Shown here in pieces: positions 1-8,754 of a stretch of DNA of 64,000 bases. Within the stretch, counting starts at the first letter, position 1. Each line of letters starts with the position of its first letter. Location of the stretch: assembly GCA_050250935.1 (NCBI GenBank), contig JBFWNS010000003.1, positions 64,001 to 128,000 of the forward strand, in the 5' to 3' direction. The position numbers were made by a program, and so were the translations under genes. This stretch comes from Candidatus Margulisiibacteriota bacterium (GTDB taxonomy: Bacteria > Margulisbacteria > Marinamargulisbacteria > JBFWNS01). A model generated the notes under the pieces. The model searched no databases. It saw nothing but the letters and a program-made list of their open reading frames with translations, and was not told where the DNA came from.

Positions 1-1376
1 TTGGCCGTAAGCCCGCCGACGCCGGTGTCGATTTCGTCGAAAATCAGGGTTTCTATTGGGGCATCGCTGGTAAAAACAGCTTTTAAGGCCAACATGATTC
101 GGGACAGTTCGCCCCCAGAAGCGATTTTGTCCAAGGGTTTTAGGGGTTCTCCGGGATTGGGGCTCATCATAAAGGTCACGGCATCCAGACCTGTTGTGGT
201 GGGTGGGGTTGGGCTGAGTTCGATGGTGAATTTGGCTTTTTCAAAATCCAGTTCGACCAAGGTGCGCTGAATGGTTTGGGACAGGATCGAGGCTTTTTGA
301 GCCCTTAATGCTTGAAGTTTTTTGCCGTGATCCAGCAAGGTTTGCTTGGCTTTTTGAAGTTGCTCTTCGAGGTTGTGGGAAACTTCTTCGGCATGCAGCA
401 GGTTGTGAAGTTCGGTTTTGAGGGCTGTGCAATGGTTCAATAGGGCATCGATGCTTTGGGCTTTGTATTTGGTTTTGAGTTTAAAGAGGGTGTCCAGTCT
501 GGCTTCAAGGGTGTCGATATCCAGGTCCAAGTTTGGGATTGCCAGGTTTCTGTCGAGGGTGGCATACAGGGCGTGCAAGGTGTCCAGTTCATCGGCTAGG
601 GTGGCTTGTGCGGGTTCGAGTTCGGGTAAATTTAAGGGGGTAAGTTGTTTTGACACTCCTTCTAGCAGGGACAAAGCTTCTTCGAAGGGGCCTAGTAATG
701 TGGATCGGGCGGCTTGTTGTTTGGCAACCTGTTTAAGCTGTTGTTTTTGGGTTTCAAGGGCTTCGTCTTCGCCGGGTTTAAGGTGGTGTTGTTCGATATC
801 TTGAATTTGAAAACTCAAAAAAGCCTGATGTTGGTCCGATTGATTTTGGGCGTCTTGGTGGTGTTTAAGCTGTGTTTTCAGTGCCATGAACTGGTCATAG
901 GCGGTAGTGTAGGCGTTGAGTAGGGGGGTGATGTCGGGTTTGGCAAAGGTGTCGAGCAGTTGGCGCTGATGGTCTTTGCTGTAGAGGCTGTAGGCCTCGT
1001 GTTGGCTCATGATGCTGACCAAATGCGGGCCCAGGGTTTTTAGCACTTTTAGGGGCACGGTTTCGCCGTTGATGCGGGCGACACTGTCTTTGCCACGCTG
1101 AAGTTTTCGGGTAATGAGTAGGGTGCCTGTGTCCCCAACATACGATTCCCAGAGGGGATTGGGGGGCACTATAAAAGTCCCTTCGACCAAGGCTTCGTCG
1201 GCCCCGTGTTTGATGTAACCTTCGTTGGCTTGTCCACCCAAGAGCAACTGCACCGCATCCAAAATGATGGATTTTCCGGCCCCGGTTTCGCCCGTCAGAA
1301 CAGTAAATCCGGGCTGAAGCTCCAGTTCGTGTTCGTCGATTAAAGCAATGTTTTTGATGCGTAAACGGGAGAGCAT
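1..1376 (-). CDS. recN: DNA repair protein RecN (5' part; runs off window start)
   Basis: Manual translation from ATG at 1376: MLSRLRIKNIALIDEHELELQPGFTVLTGETGAGKSIILDA (Walker A), IMSQHE, and near the window edge ASGGELSRIMLALKA...IFDEIDTGVGG. Not in the ORF track because it is truncated. Confidence 0.95.
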   Translation of the reverse strand, partial: MLSRLRIKNIALIDEHELELQPGFTVLTGETGAGKSIILDAVQLLLGGQANEGYIKHGADEALVEGTFIVPPNPLWESYVGDTGTLLITRKLQRGKDSVARINGETVPLKVLKTLGPHLVSIMSQHEAYSLYSKDHQRQLLDTFAKPDITPLLNAYTTAYDQFMALKTQLKHHQDAQNQSDQHQAFLSFQIQDIEQHHLKPGEDEALETQKQQLKQVAKQQAARSTLLGPFEEALSLLEGVSKQLTPLNLPELEPAQATLADELDTLHALYATLDRNLAIPNLDLDIDTLEARLDTLFKLKTKYKAQSIDALLNHCTALKTELHNLLHAEEVSHNLEEQLQKAKQTLLDHGKKLQALRAQKASILSQTIQRTLVELDFEKAKFTIELSPTPPTTTGLDAVTFMMSPNPGEPLKPLDKIASGGELSRIMLALKAVFTSDAPIETLIFDEIDTGVGGLTA

Positions 1377-1385
1377 GGGTCTAGT

Positions 1386-2081
1386 CTAGCTGACTTTTTG
1401 TTGAATATAAACGGTGGAAAATCCCCAGCTCATGGGTACTTTGAGGGTTTTTCGGGTTTTAAAGCAAGTTCCCGGAAGCTTGGCCGAAGGGCTTACAAGC
1501 CAAGTCCCCACCGAGAGTCCTTGCAAGTGTTGGGCCAAGGCAGCAATCGTCTTTTTGCCCAAGCAAGTCGTATTGATCAACACCACCGTCGCAACAGCCA
1601 CATCCGTTGTCAAAAAATCCTCGGTTTTCCAGCTGATGTTGGGAATGTTCAATCGTTGGCATAGGGCCTCGCCAACCCGGGCATAAATGGGCACCACGTC
1701 CACCGAAATGGCTTGGATTCGACGAATAAAGGCCGCATACAAGGCGGGTTTGCCATGGCCGCCACCCAGATCCAAAAACACGCTTTTGGGTTTTAGGGGA
1801 AGGGCATCAAAAATCTGGGTGAGTCCCACAAAGGTAAATTGACCTTCGGTGAGTTCTTTAAGGGGTTTTCCCGTATTGGCTTTAAAGGTTTCCAGGCGGG
1901 TTGGGGTTATATAAAAGGCGTAATAATAGGGCAGAAAAAAGTCCAAAAAGAGCAGGCGTCGGTGTTTGGCGTAGGTGGGAATGTGCCAGAGCCACAGCAT
2001 CAACTTGTAGGCGCTGTGGGCAATGGCCCTTGCGATGATGCCAGGCGCCGAACTTAGTTGGCTGGTGTCTGTTTGAGCCAT
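1386..2081 (-). CDS. Class I SAM-dependent methyltransferase, DOT1-like
   Basis: FLDLGGGHGKP SAM motif I, EDFL, VVLINTTC; likely start MAQTD at 2081. Confidence 0.75.
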   Translation of the reverse strand: MAQTDTSQLSSAPGIIARAIAHSAYKLMLWLWHIPTYAKHRRLLFLDFFLPYYYAFYITPTRLETFKANTGKPLKELTEGQFTFVGLTQIFDALPLKPKSVFLDLGGGHGKPALYAAFIRRIQAISVDVVPIYARVGEALCQRLNIPNISWKTEDFLTTDVAVATVVLINTTCLGKKTIAALAQHLQGLSVGTWLVSPSAKLPGTCFKTRKTLKVPMSWGFSTVYIQQKVS

Positions 2082-2836
2082 GAAACAAATTCTCGGTTTC
2101 CCTTGGTTCCCAAAATGGGAGAGGGACAACGGTGCAGTTCTGTAAATCCAGATTGGGCCAGGGTTGCGACGACGGCATCCGCAATACGGATTTGTTCGGT
2201 TTCGTCTCGAATGATGCCCCCTTTGCCAACCGCCGATTTTTCGGCCTCGAATTGGGGTTTAATCAAAACAATATAGTCGGTTTCTGGGCTTAAAAATTTG
2301 GAAAGACCTGGCAAAATTTTGGTGACACTAATAAAAGACACATCCATGACCACCAACCGAATGTCTTGGTAGAGGGTGGCCGGGTGGTGGTGTTTGGTAG
2401 CCAAGGTTTCCAAATCTTTGGCGGACAAGTGACGGGCATTGGTTTTTTCCAACAGCAAAACATTGGGATTGTTGCGAATTTTAAGGTCCAATTGCCCATA
2501 GCCCACATCCACACCAAAGACGGTTTTGGCGCCGTTTTGAAGCAAGAAATCGGTAAATCCACCGGTGGAAATGCCCACATCCAGGGCCACTTTGTCGGCG
2601 ATGGGAAAGCCAAATGCTTCCCAAGCCCCGGCCAGTTTTTCCCCGCCTCGGCTGACATAGGGCAGGGGTTTTCCCAGTTGGATTAATACCGCTGTTTCGG
2701 GGACAAGGTCCCCTGGCTTTGTTTTTTTCTGACCGTCCACCAAGATGGTGCCGGCCATAATCAGGGCTTGGGCTTTCTCGCGGGTTGGGGCCAGGCCATT
2801 GTTCAATAGGGCCACATCCAGTCGAATTTTGGGCAT
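2054..2836 (-). CDS. tlyA: TlyA family rRNA 2'-O-methyltransferase (S4 + FtsJ domains)
   Basis: RLDVAL..TREKAQALIMAG, YVSRGGEKL, DVGISTGGFTD, DVSFIS, LIKPQFE, SPILGTKGNREF. Confidence 0.95.
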   Translation of the reverse strand: MPKIRLDVALLNNGLAPTREKAQALIMAGTILVDGQKKTKPGDLVPETAVLIQLGKPLPYVSRGGEKLAGAWEAFGFPIADKVALDVGISTGGFTDFLLQNGAKTVFGVDVGYGQLDLKIRNNPNVLLLEKTNARHLSAKDLETLATKHHHPATLYQDIRLVVMDVSFISVTKILPGLSKFLSPETDYIVLIKPQFEAEKSAVGKGGIIRDETEQIRIADAVVATLAQSGFTELHRCPSPILGTKGNREFVSWLKQTPAN

Positions 2837-3348
2837 TATTGTCCTGTGTCCGGATTCATTGGGGATTGTTTAAACAAGTCCATGCTGGGGTTGGTAAAGG
2901 GTTTGTTGGATGCGGGGGCTTCTTTTTTGCTGGGCACCCCTTGCCAGGTCCCGTATTCGATACTAACCATGGTTTTAAATTGCTCTGGGCTTAAAATGGT
3001 TTTGAGTTTGGCCAGATACAGACGTCGTTGTTCAAACAAAGATCTTGAGAGGTCGTTTTGTTCTTGCCTGGCCTTTTCGATGGCCGCTGTGTCGATGGGG
3101 GTTTTTTCGGTGGCCATATAGACGGCCCGTTGGTTGTCTTGGAGTTGGTCGATAATGTCTTTCATAATCGAGGCATTTTCTCTACGCAGATTCTGAACTT
3201 GTACACTTTGGATGGCGCTTAAAGACCATTCTTTTTCAACCATTTTTAGGGGTTTTTCGCCGAACATATACACCCAGCGGTCAATTTCGTCGGCATGCAA
3301 GGGCGATGCCAGGGCCACACATACAAAAAACGCCATTAAAATACGCAT
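2836..3348 (-). CDS. Exported helical protein, Spy/CpxP/heavy-metal-sensor-like
   Basis: Signal peptide MRILMAFF..LHA and LKTILSPEQ (LTxxQ-like motif). Confidence 0.55.
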   Translation of the reverse strand: MRILMAFFVCVALASPLHADEIDRWVYMFGEKPLKMVEKEWSLSAIQSVQVQNLRRENASIMKDIIDQLQDNQRAVYMATEKTPIDTAAIEKARQEQNDLSRSLFEQRRLYLAKLKTILSPEQFKTMVSIEYGTWQGVPSKKEAPASNKPFTNPSMDLFKQSPMNPDTGQ

Positions 3349-3361
3349 AAGATTGATCCTT

Positions 3362-4144
3362 TTAATGAAAAAAGTACCAGGCCAAAAGCCCTGAAAAAAC
3401 GACGCGGTAGACCCCAAAGGGGAAGAGTTTCCAGCGCTTTAATACCTTTAAAAACGTTCCAATCGACACCACGGCAACAGCAAACGACACCACCAGCCCA
3501 ACCCCAATCATGGCCAGATCGTGGTGGGTTAAAATCGGAGCTGTTTTTAACAAATCAAACCCGGTTGCGGCCACCATGACGGGTACAGCGATGATAAAGG
3601 AAAACTGGGCTGCAGTCACATCATCGAGTCCACTTAAAAGCCCGCCAATAATGGTGGAAGCCGAGCGGCTCATGCCAGGCCAGAGGGCAAAACATTGAAA
3701 AAAACCAACCGTTAAAGCTTGTTTGGAGGTCATGTCTTCGATTTTGGTGGTTTTGGGTTTGGGCAGCACACGTTCTATAAAGGTCATGACCACACCGCCA
3801 ACAAACAAGGCTGCAATAACGGTGGGAACCGAAAACAAATGGTGTTTGATCCAGGAATGGGTCAAGGCGCCCATCACCAAAGCGGGCACAATGGCCAGGG
3901 CGATATTTTTGCCATCGCGTTTCAAATTTTTGGGCGATAATAAATCCAAAAAAAAGCGCCGATACAGTACCACCACGGCTAAAATGGCCCCCAATTGAAT
4001 GGCAATTTCAAAGGTGGCTTGCGCTTCGCCGTTTAAGCCCATCCAATGCCCAGCCAAAAACAAATGTCCAGTCGAGGAGACAGGAATAAATTCAGTTATC
4101 CCTTCTAAAATCCCCAATAAAATGGCTTGAAATGTGGTCATCAT
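3362..4144 (-). CDS. uppP: Undecaprenyl-diphosphate phosphatase
   Basis: LGILEGITEFIPVSSTGH, IQLGAILAV, PGMSRSASTI motifs. Confidence 0.96.
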   Translation of the reverse strand: MMTTFQAILLGILEGITEFIPVSSTGHLFLAGHWMGLNGEAQATFEIAIQLGAILAVVVLYRRFFLDLLSPKNLKRDGKNIALAIVPALVMGALTHSWIKHHLFSVPTVIAALFVGGVVMTFIERVLPKPKTTKIEDMTSKQALTVGFFQCFALWPGMSRSASTIIGGLLSGLDDVTAAQFSFIIAVPVMVAATGFDLLKTAPILTHHDLAMIGVGLVVSFAVAVVSIGTFLKVLKRWKLFPFGVYRVVFSGLLAWYFFH

Positions 4145-4160
4145 GGCCTAAAAGTGTACC

Positions 4161-5327
4161 TTAACCGAGGGCCTGCCACAACTGTTGCCAGGGCAAGGCC
4201 GTAATACCAGGCCCCAGTTTAAAAGGCCGTGGCGTTTGGCAAACAATATACCCTTCTTTGCAGTTGTATTCTTGCATAAACGTTGTCAAATGGCGCTGGT
4301 CTTTTTCCGTGGGTGCAGAGGTCCATTTGACCTCGATGGGGATCAGGGTTTTGTTGGTTTCTAGGATCCAATCTACTTCGGGGCCATTGTGGTCTCGCCA
4401 GTAGAGCAGCTGTGTTTTCTGGGTGGACTGATGTGTGAACCGTAGTAATTCTAACCCAATAAATTGTTCAAATAACCCGCCAAGTGCGGCTTCGGATAGT
4501 TGAGCCGGTTCTTGGGTGCAAAGACGTCGAATACCCAGATCAAAGAGCAAATATTTGGGTGCTTTTGTTAGTCTTCTTCTAGAAGAACCACCCAAAGGCA
4601 TAATGCGTTGGATAATCAAACAATCTTCCAAAATTTCGTAGTACGATGCGATGGTACTTTGGGATACCCCAATATCCTGGGAGAGTTTTGCAAAATTGAG
4701 GGCTTGACCCGCTTCGGAGCCTGCACACATCAAAAATTTAGAGAAGGCCTGAATATTGCGCACCACAGCTTCTGCGCGAATTTCTTCTTCCATATAGAGA
4801 CTGACATAAGAATCCAGTTCTTTTTCTTTTTCGGCCGCGTTTTCCAGTAAGCAGATGCCTGGCAAACTGCCGTAAGTAAGGTGGTGGGTCAGGTCTTGAA
4901 TTGGATTTTCTGGAATGATTAAGGGGTCAAGTTTGTAGTACAAAACCCGGCCTGGCAATAAATTGACCGAAGCTTTTCTTCGAAGTTTTCTGGCGGAAGA
5001 CCCTGTTAAAATAAATTTTGCCTTGTTTTGGTCAATAATGTATTGAATCACATCGAGCAAGTCTGGGACTTTTTGAATTTCGTCCAACACAACCAGTGGC
5101 AATTTTGGGGAAGCGGGTAAGGCTTCGATTTCTTTGAGCAATAGCTCTGGTTCTCGTTCGAAGCGCATTCGGGTAGAGGGAAGTAGAAATGACAAGCTTA
5201 AATCACTTTGTAGAGACTGGGTTAAGGTCGTTTTCCCCGTTTGTCTTGGCCCCAATAACAAAATACTTTTGTCTCGGGCCAAATCGGCTTTCAGTTGATC
5301 GGTTAATCGACGTTTTATCGTGTCCAT
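4161..5327 (-). CDS. AAA-family ATPase with DUF4143 / C-terminal PD-(D/E)xK-like domain
   Basis: GPRQTGKT, LDEIQ, ILTGSS, PKYLLFDLG, EVD...IEVK. Confidence 0.88.
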   Translation of the reverse strand: MDTIKRRLTDQLKADLARDKSILLLGPRQTGKTTLTQSLQSDLSLSFLLPSTRMRFEREPELLLKEIEALPASPKLPLVVLDEIQKVPDLLDVIQYIIDQNKAKFILTGSSARKLRRKASVNLLPGRVLYYKLDPLIIPENPIQDLTHHLTYGSLPGICLLENAAEKEKELDSYVSLYMEEEIRAEAVVRNIQAFSKFLMCAGSEAGQALNFAKLSQDIGVSQSTIASYYEILEDCLIIQRIMPLGGSSRRRLTKAPKYLLFDLGIRRLCTQEPAQLSEAALGGLFEQFIGLELLRFTHQSTQKTQLLYWRDHNGPEVDWILETNKTLIPIEVKWTSAPTEKDQRHLTTFMQEYNCKEGYIVCQTPRPFKLGPGITALPWQQLWQALG

Positions 5328-5340
5328 GTCCCTAGTTTAA

Positions 5341-5405
5341 CCGAAATCCACGATCAATACCATGGGATTTCGGCGAAATCCACGATTGCTACTCTGGAAT
5401 TTCGG
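5341..5405. repeat. Two tandem ~33-bp imperfect palindromes upstream of the AAA ATPase
   Basis: CCGAAATCCACGAT...GGGATTTCGG (5341-5373) followed by CGAAATCCACGAT...GGAATTTCGG (5374-5405). Confidence 0.8.
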
Positions 5406-5419
5406 TAAAATCTGTTGAT

Positions 5420-6718
5420 TTAAAGTCTAAATCTTAAGATAAAGGTGGTGCCAGGGGCTGTGTCTGGGTCCGATTCAATTTGAATATCGGCGCCGTGGTC
5501 TTTGACAATGCGGCTGACAATCGATAGCCCGATGCCGTGTTGGAAGCCGTCGTTTTTGGTGGTGTAGGACGAGGTAAAAAGCGTCGGTTGTTTGTCTTTG
5601 GGAATGCCAGGTCCTGTGTCCCCAACCCGAACTTCCACGCAGTCGGTATTCATAAACCGGGTTTGATGGCAGCCTAGACTTAACACGCCGCCTTCCGGCA
5701 TCAATTGAATGGCGTTGGTAATAAGATTGGTAAACAGTTGATACAACCCCCGTTCCTGTCCCAAAATGGTGGGAACAGTTTCAATATCGCGTTCGATGCG
5801 AATGCCTTGCCGGTTGCAAGTGGCGGTTCCCAACAACACAATTTTGTCCAAAATCGAGGGCAGGGAAACCGGTTGTTTTTCCACGGTCTCTTTGCCCTTA
5901 AAGAGCATGGTGTTCAGAATGTCTTTAAGTTTCACCAGCGTGGTGTCGGCAATGTCCAAGCCTTTCAGCAACAGTTCCCGATCATCCAATTGTTTGCGAA
6001 TGGCACTAAAAGCCCCAGTCAGCAAATACAAAGGGTTCAACAACTCGTGGGATACCCGTTGAGTAAGACGGGCGTACATGATTTCTTCGTTGGCCTGATC
6101 GAGTTGTTTGTGGAGTTCGGCGAGTTGTTGATTGGTTTCGAGGAGTTCGGAATTAAGTTTTTTTAATAAATCATTGGCACCGGATAACTCTACAATGTGC
6201 CTCTTATTTGCAAGATAAAAGGTGTGAACTGATAGCAATGCGAATAAAAATGCTGTGCTTATTGCACACGTATGAATTACTTTTTCTTTGATGCCACTTA
6301 AATGGGGTTGAGCAAAGAAAAATTGATAGTCTACAAATTGAAGAAAGTAGGCTGCTGAAATGGGGATTAGCATGGCAAAAAAGATCTTTTTTCTGTCTTT
6401 TTCATGCTCAAAAAGAACGATAGGGAGGTGCACAATAGAGATAATAACAATATAGGCTCCCGAGGCCTTTCCAAGAATCAGTGAATAAAAAATTAAGAGC
6501 AGGGAAGCCAGTGCTATCAGAAGAAACTTAGAGGCAGATTGATAGCCTAGTTTCCCCAAAATAATAGGAAGAAAAAAGGCGCAGACAAATAGGATAATCA
6601 TGTTGCCTGCTAAGGAAAATCCTAAGGCATTGAAAATAAAAAAATAGGGTATAGAAAGAATAATGCAGAGTGTTGCAAGTTTTTCAGTTAGTGAAGTTCT
6701 TTGTAAAACAGAAAGCAT
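5420..6718 (-). CDS. Membrane sensor histidine kinase (about 6 TM, coiled coil, HisKA, HATPase)
   Basis: VSHELLNPL H-box, NLITNA N-box, DTGPGI G1, GIGLSI G2; hydrophobic N-terminus. Confidence 0.93.
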   Translation of the reverse strand: MLSVLQRTSLTEKLATLCIILSIPYFFIFNALGFSLAGNMIILFVCAFFLPIILGKLGYQSASKFLLIALASLLLIFYSLILGKASGAYIVIISIVHLPIVLFEHEKDRKKIFFAMLIPISAAYFLQFVDYQFFFAQPHLSGIKEKVIHTCAISTAFLFALLSVHTFYLANKRHIVELSGANDLLKKLNSELLETNQQLAELHKQLDQANEEIMYARLTQRVSHELLNPLYLLTGAFSAIRKQLDDRELLLKGLDIADTTLVKLKDILNTMLFKGKETVEKQPVSLPSILDKIVLLGTATCNRQGIRIERDIETVPTILGQERGLYQLFTNLITNAIQLMPEGGVLSLGCHQTRFMNTDCVEVRVGDTGPGIPKDKQPTLFTSSYTTKNDGFQHGIGLSIVSRIVKDHGADIQIESDPDTAPGTTFILRFRL

Positions 6719-6724
6719 AAGCTT

Positions 6725-8527
6725 CTAAATAGAAGTTTTAAGAAGCATATACATCGCTGCTAAACGGTAAACTCCTTCTAGATATCTGTTTGCATGTTCT
6801 ACAACACTTTTTGGCATTGAATTTGAAAGCCTGGATAGTTTTTGTACTCCGTTATTAAAGCGGCGTAGGTAGGTTTCGTGTGCGTTTGTACTAGGATTCT
6901 GTGACAGGCGTAATATCAATTCTGAAATAGCCTGCCTTTGTTGGGCATCTTGTTGAATTTTTATGATTTTTTCTTCGTTGCCTGAATCATCTCCATAAAT
7001 ATCAGATACTATAGTGGCAACCTCTAAGTGAGAGGAGCAAGTTCTAAATCTTTCTTCGAATCTGCTTTTTTTATCGGTTGCGGTAGAGCTGGCTACAATC
7101 TCCAGGGCTTGTGTTAAAACCCTATCACCAAGGGTTCTACTAAATTCTAAAAGTTCTGGGAAGGTCCGAATGTCATCGGGTAATTCTATCCCGCTATCAA
7201 CCTCTAGGTCTTTGCATAGTTGAGAAAATTCTGTGTGGGTTAGTTGTTGTTGACTAGAAATGAGGTCTGCAAGAATCCACACAATCGTATTTGAAAAATC
7301 TCGTGCCCGTATTTCTCGTTCAAATGTGGCAATGTGATTTGCTGCATGTCCTACCATTTCGCCGCCGGCAAACATGGTTTCACTCTCTGAGGGCGCTTGG
7401 GCAGTGAGTGAGTTTTGAATCCCTTTAGCGTTGATGTAGCACCGCTCTAAAACCTTAAAAAAGGACATTAACATATTTTGAGCCAGTTCTTCTTCTTTTC
7501 TGTCTAAATCTTTTTGAATAGTACCAAGACTTTCATTGATGGTTACGGATCGTTGTAAGCAAAGCATGACTTTTTCCCATGCTTGGCTAATTTGAGGCCA
7601 AGCATCGGATAACGCAGGTGTTCCAACCAGCTTCTCAAATTGGGCCATTCCTTCTTTGAATAGTCGAAGGTATAGCTTGAAGAATGGAACACAGGCAGGA
7701 GATTTTCTTTCTAGAGAGGCTATTTGAGCAGAATGGTCTTTTTCTAAAAAAGCGGTGTAGGAAGATGTTTTGAAGGCTTCAGTAAAGAAGCGTAAAAGCT
7801 CTTTGTCTTGTAGGTAGTCTGCAACGTCGTCTGCTTGCGTTAGGGGCATAACAAAACTGGTTAGTGTATCAAAAAGACTTTCTTTGGATTGAGCATCTGC
7901 CTCTTGAAGTGCAGGATGCCCAGTCTCTTCGATAAGAACACGACACCAACTAAACAAGAAGGCATTTCTTGGTCGCCAGTCAATGGCTTTTCCGTCGTTT
8001 TGTGCTAATAAGGCGGCTTTTATGTCTAAAACACTTTTGTTGTATTCTTCAAGGTTTATTGCAAATTCTTGAAATGGCCCCCCTCTACTTGATTGTTTGG
8101 CAATGTTTGTGAAAAATCTTGCAACTTCATAGGGTGTAAATTTGTCTTTAATTTGTGCAGGAAGATTTTGAGTTCTATAAATGGGTACAATTTTTCCCAA
8201 AACAGTGATTAATCTTTTGGCTATTGAACAGATTTTGGAATTGAATAACTCCTTTTCTGTGATACCGAGATTTTCATGTAAAATCTGGAGCCCTTCTCTG
8301 ACTTGTTGTAAAGCCAAGAGGGGAAAACCTTCGATTAGTTTAGAAATAGAGATTCTATCGGTCTCTTCAAAAAATTTGAGTACTTGGAGCCTTTCCTCGA
8401 CGCGAAGAGCCTCGGAAGTTGGAGAGTCGGCTCGACTCGGAGCCTCAGAGAGAGCGGATGAGGTCTCCAGGCTGTCAGGCCTACCGGAACCTAGAGGATG
8501 GTTTAATGAGATAAATTTGTAATTCAT
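6725..8527 (-). CDS. Hypothetical 600-aa protein with class I terpene/isoprenoid synthase-like motifs
   Basis: Long ORF; ADDVAD (DDxxD) and NHIATFERE (NSE/DTE-like); appears helical. Confidence 0.6.
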   Translation of the reverse strand: MNYKFISLNHPLGSGRPDSLETSSALSEAPSRADSPTSEALRVEERLQVLKFFEETDRISISKLIEGFPLLALQQVREGLQILHENLGITEKELFNSKICSIAKRLITVLGKIVPIYRTQNLPAQIKDKFTPYEVARFFTNIAKQSSRGGPFQEFAINLEEYNKSVLDIKAALLAQNDGKAIDWRPRNAFLFSWCRVLIEETGHPALQEADAQSKESLFDTLTSFVMPLTQADDVADYLQDKELLRFFTEAFKTSSYTAFLEKDHSAQIASLERKSPACVPFFKLYLRLFKEGMAQFEKLVGTPALSDAWPQISQAWEKVMLCLQRSVTINESLGTIQKDLDRKEEELAQNMLMSFFKVLERCYINAKGIQNSLTAQAPSESETMFAGGEMVGHAANHIATFEREIRARDFSNTIVWILADLISSQQQLTHTEFSQLCKDLEVDSGIELPDDIRTFPELLEFSRTLGDRVLTQALEIVASSTATDKKSRFEERFRTCSSHLEVATIVSDIYGDDSGNEEKIIKIQQDAQQRQAISELILRLSQNPSTNAHETYLRRFNNGVQKLSRLSNSMPKSVVEHANRYLEGVYRLAAMYMLLKTSI

Positions 8528-8719
8528 TGTTAGAAAAATAGCCTAGTTGCTTCTGCTATTGAAGCAGCCGTAGAGGAGGGTAGTGAGTACACTGTCTCTA
8601 GGGTAGCATTTTCGGGCTTTTTTTCAAGTTAATTTTTATTCAAACAGTTAATATGGTCTTCTTTGAGAATATTTCAGGCTCAAAATCTTTGTTGAATTAT
8701 TTTGTGAAATTAATTATGT

Positions 8720-8748
8720 TTGACAATATATTAAAGCATACTTAAACT
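8720..8748 (+). promoter_or_regulatory. sigma70 promoter of mntH with a palindrome in the spacer
   Basis: TTGACA (8720-8725) N17 TAAACT (8743-8748); imperfect palindrome TTAAAGCATACTTAAA at 8731-8746. Confidence 0.7.
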
Positions 8749-8754
8749 TTTTTT

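Noticed and set aside
1..923. Short + strand ORFs, and similar short antisense or alternate-frame ORFs throughout the track
   Set aside because: They are shadows of well-supported genes (here recN) with no motifs or RBS.
2054..2836. TlyA as a hemolysin/virulence factor
   Set aside because: The motifs and recN linkage fit the widespread rRNA methyltransferase; nothing here supports a toxin role.
8530..8630. Protein-like open frame (LEKKPENATLETVYSLPSSTAASIAEATRLFF*) upstream of the 600-aa gene
   Set aside because: It is preceded by an in-frame stop and has no convincing start; too short to call a pseudogene.
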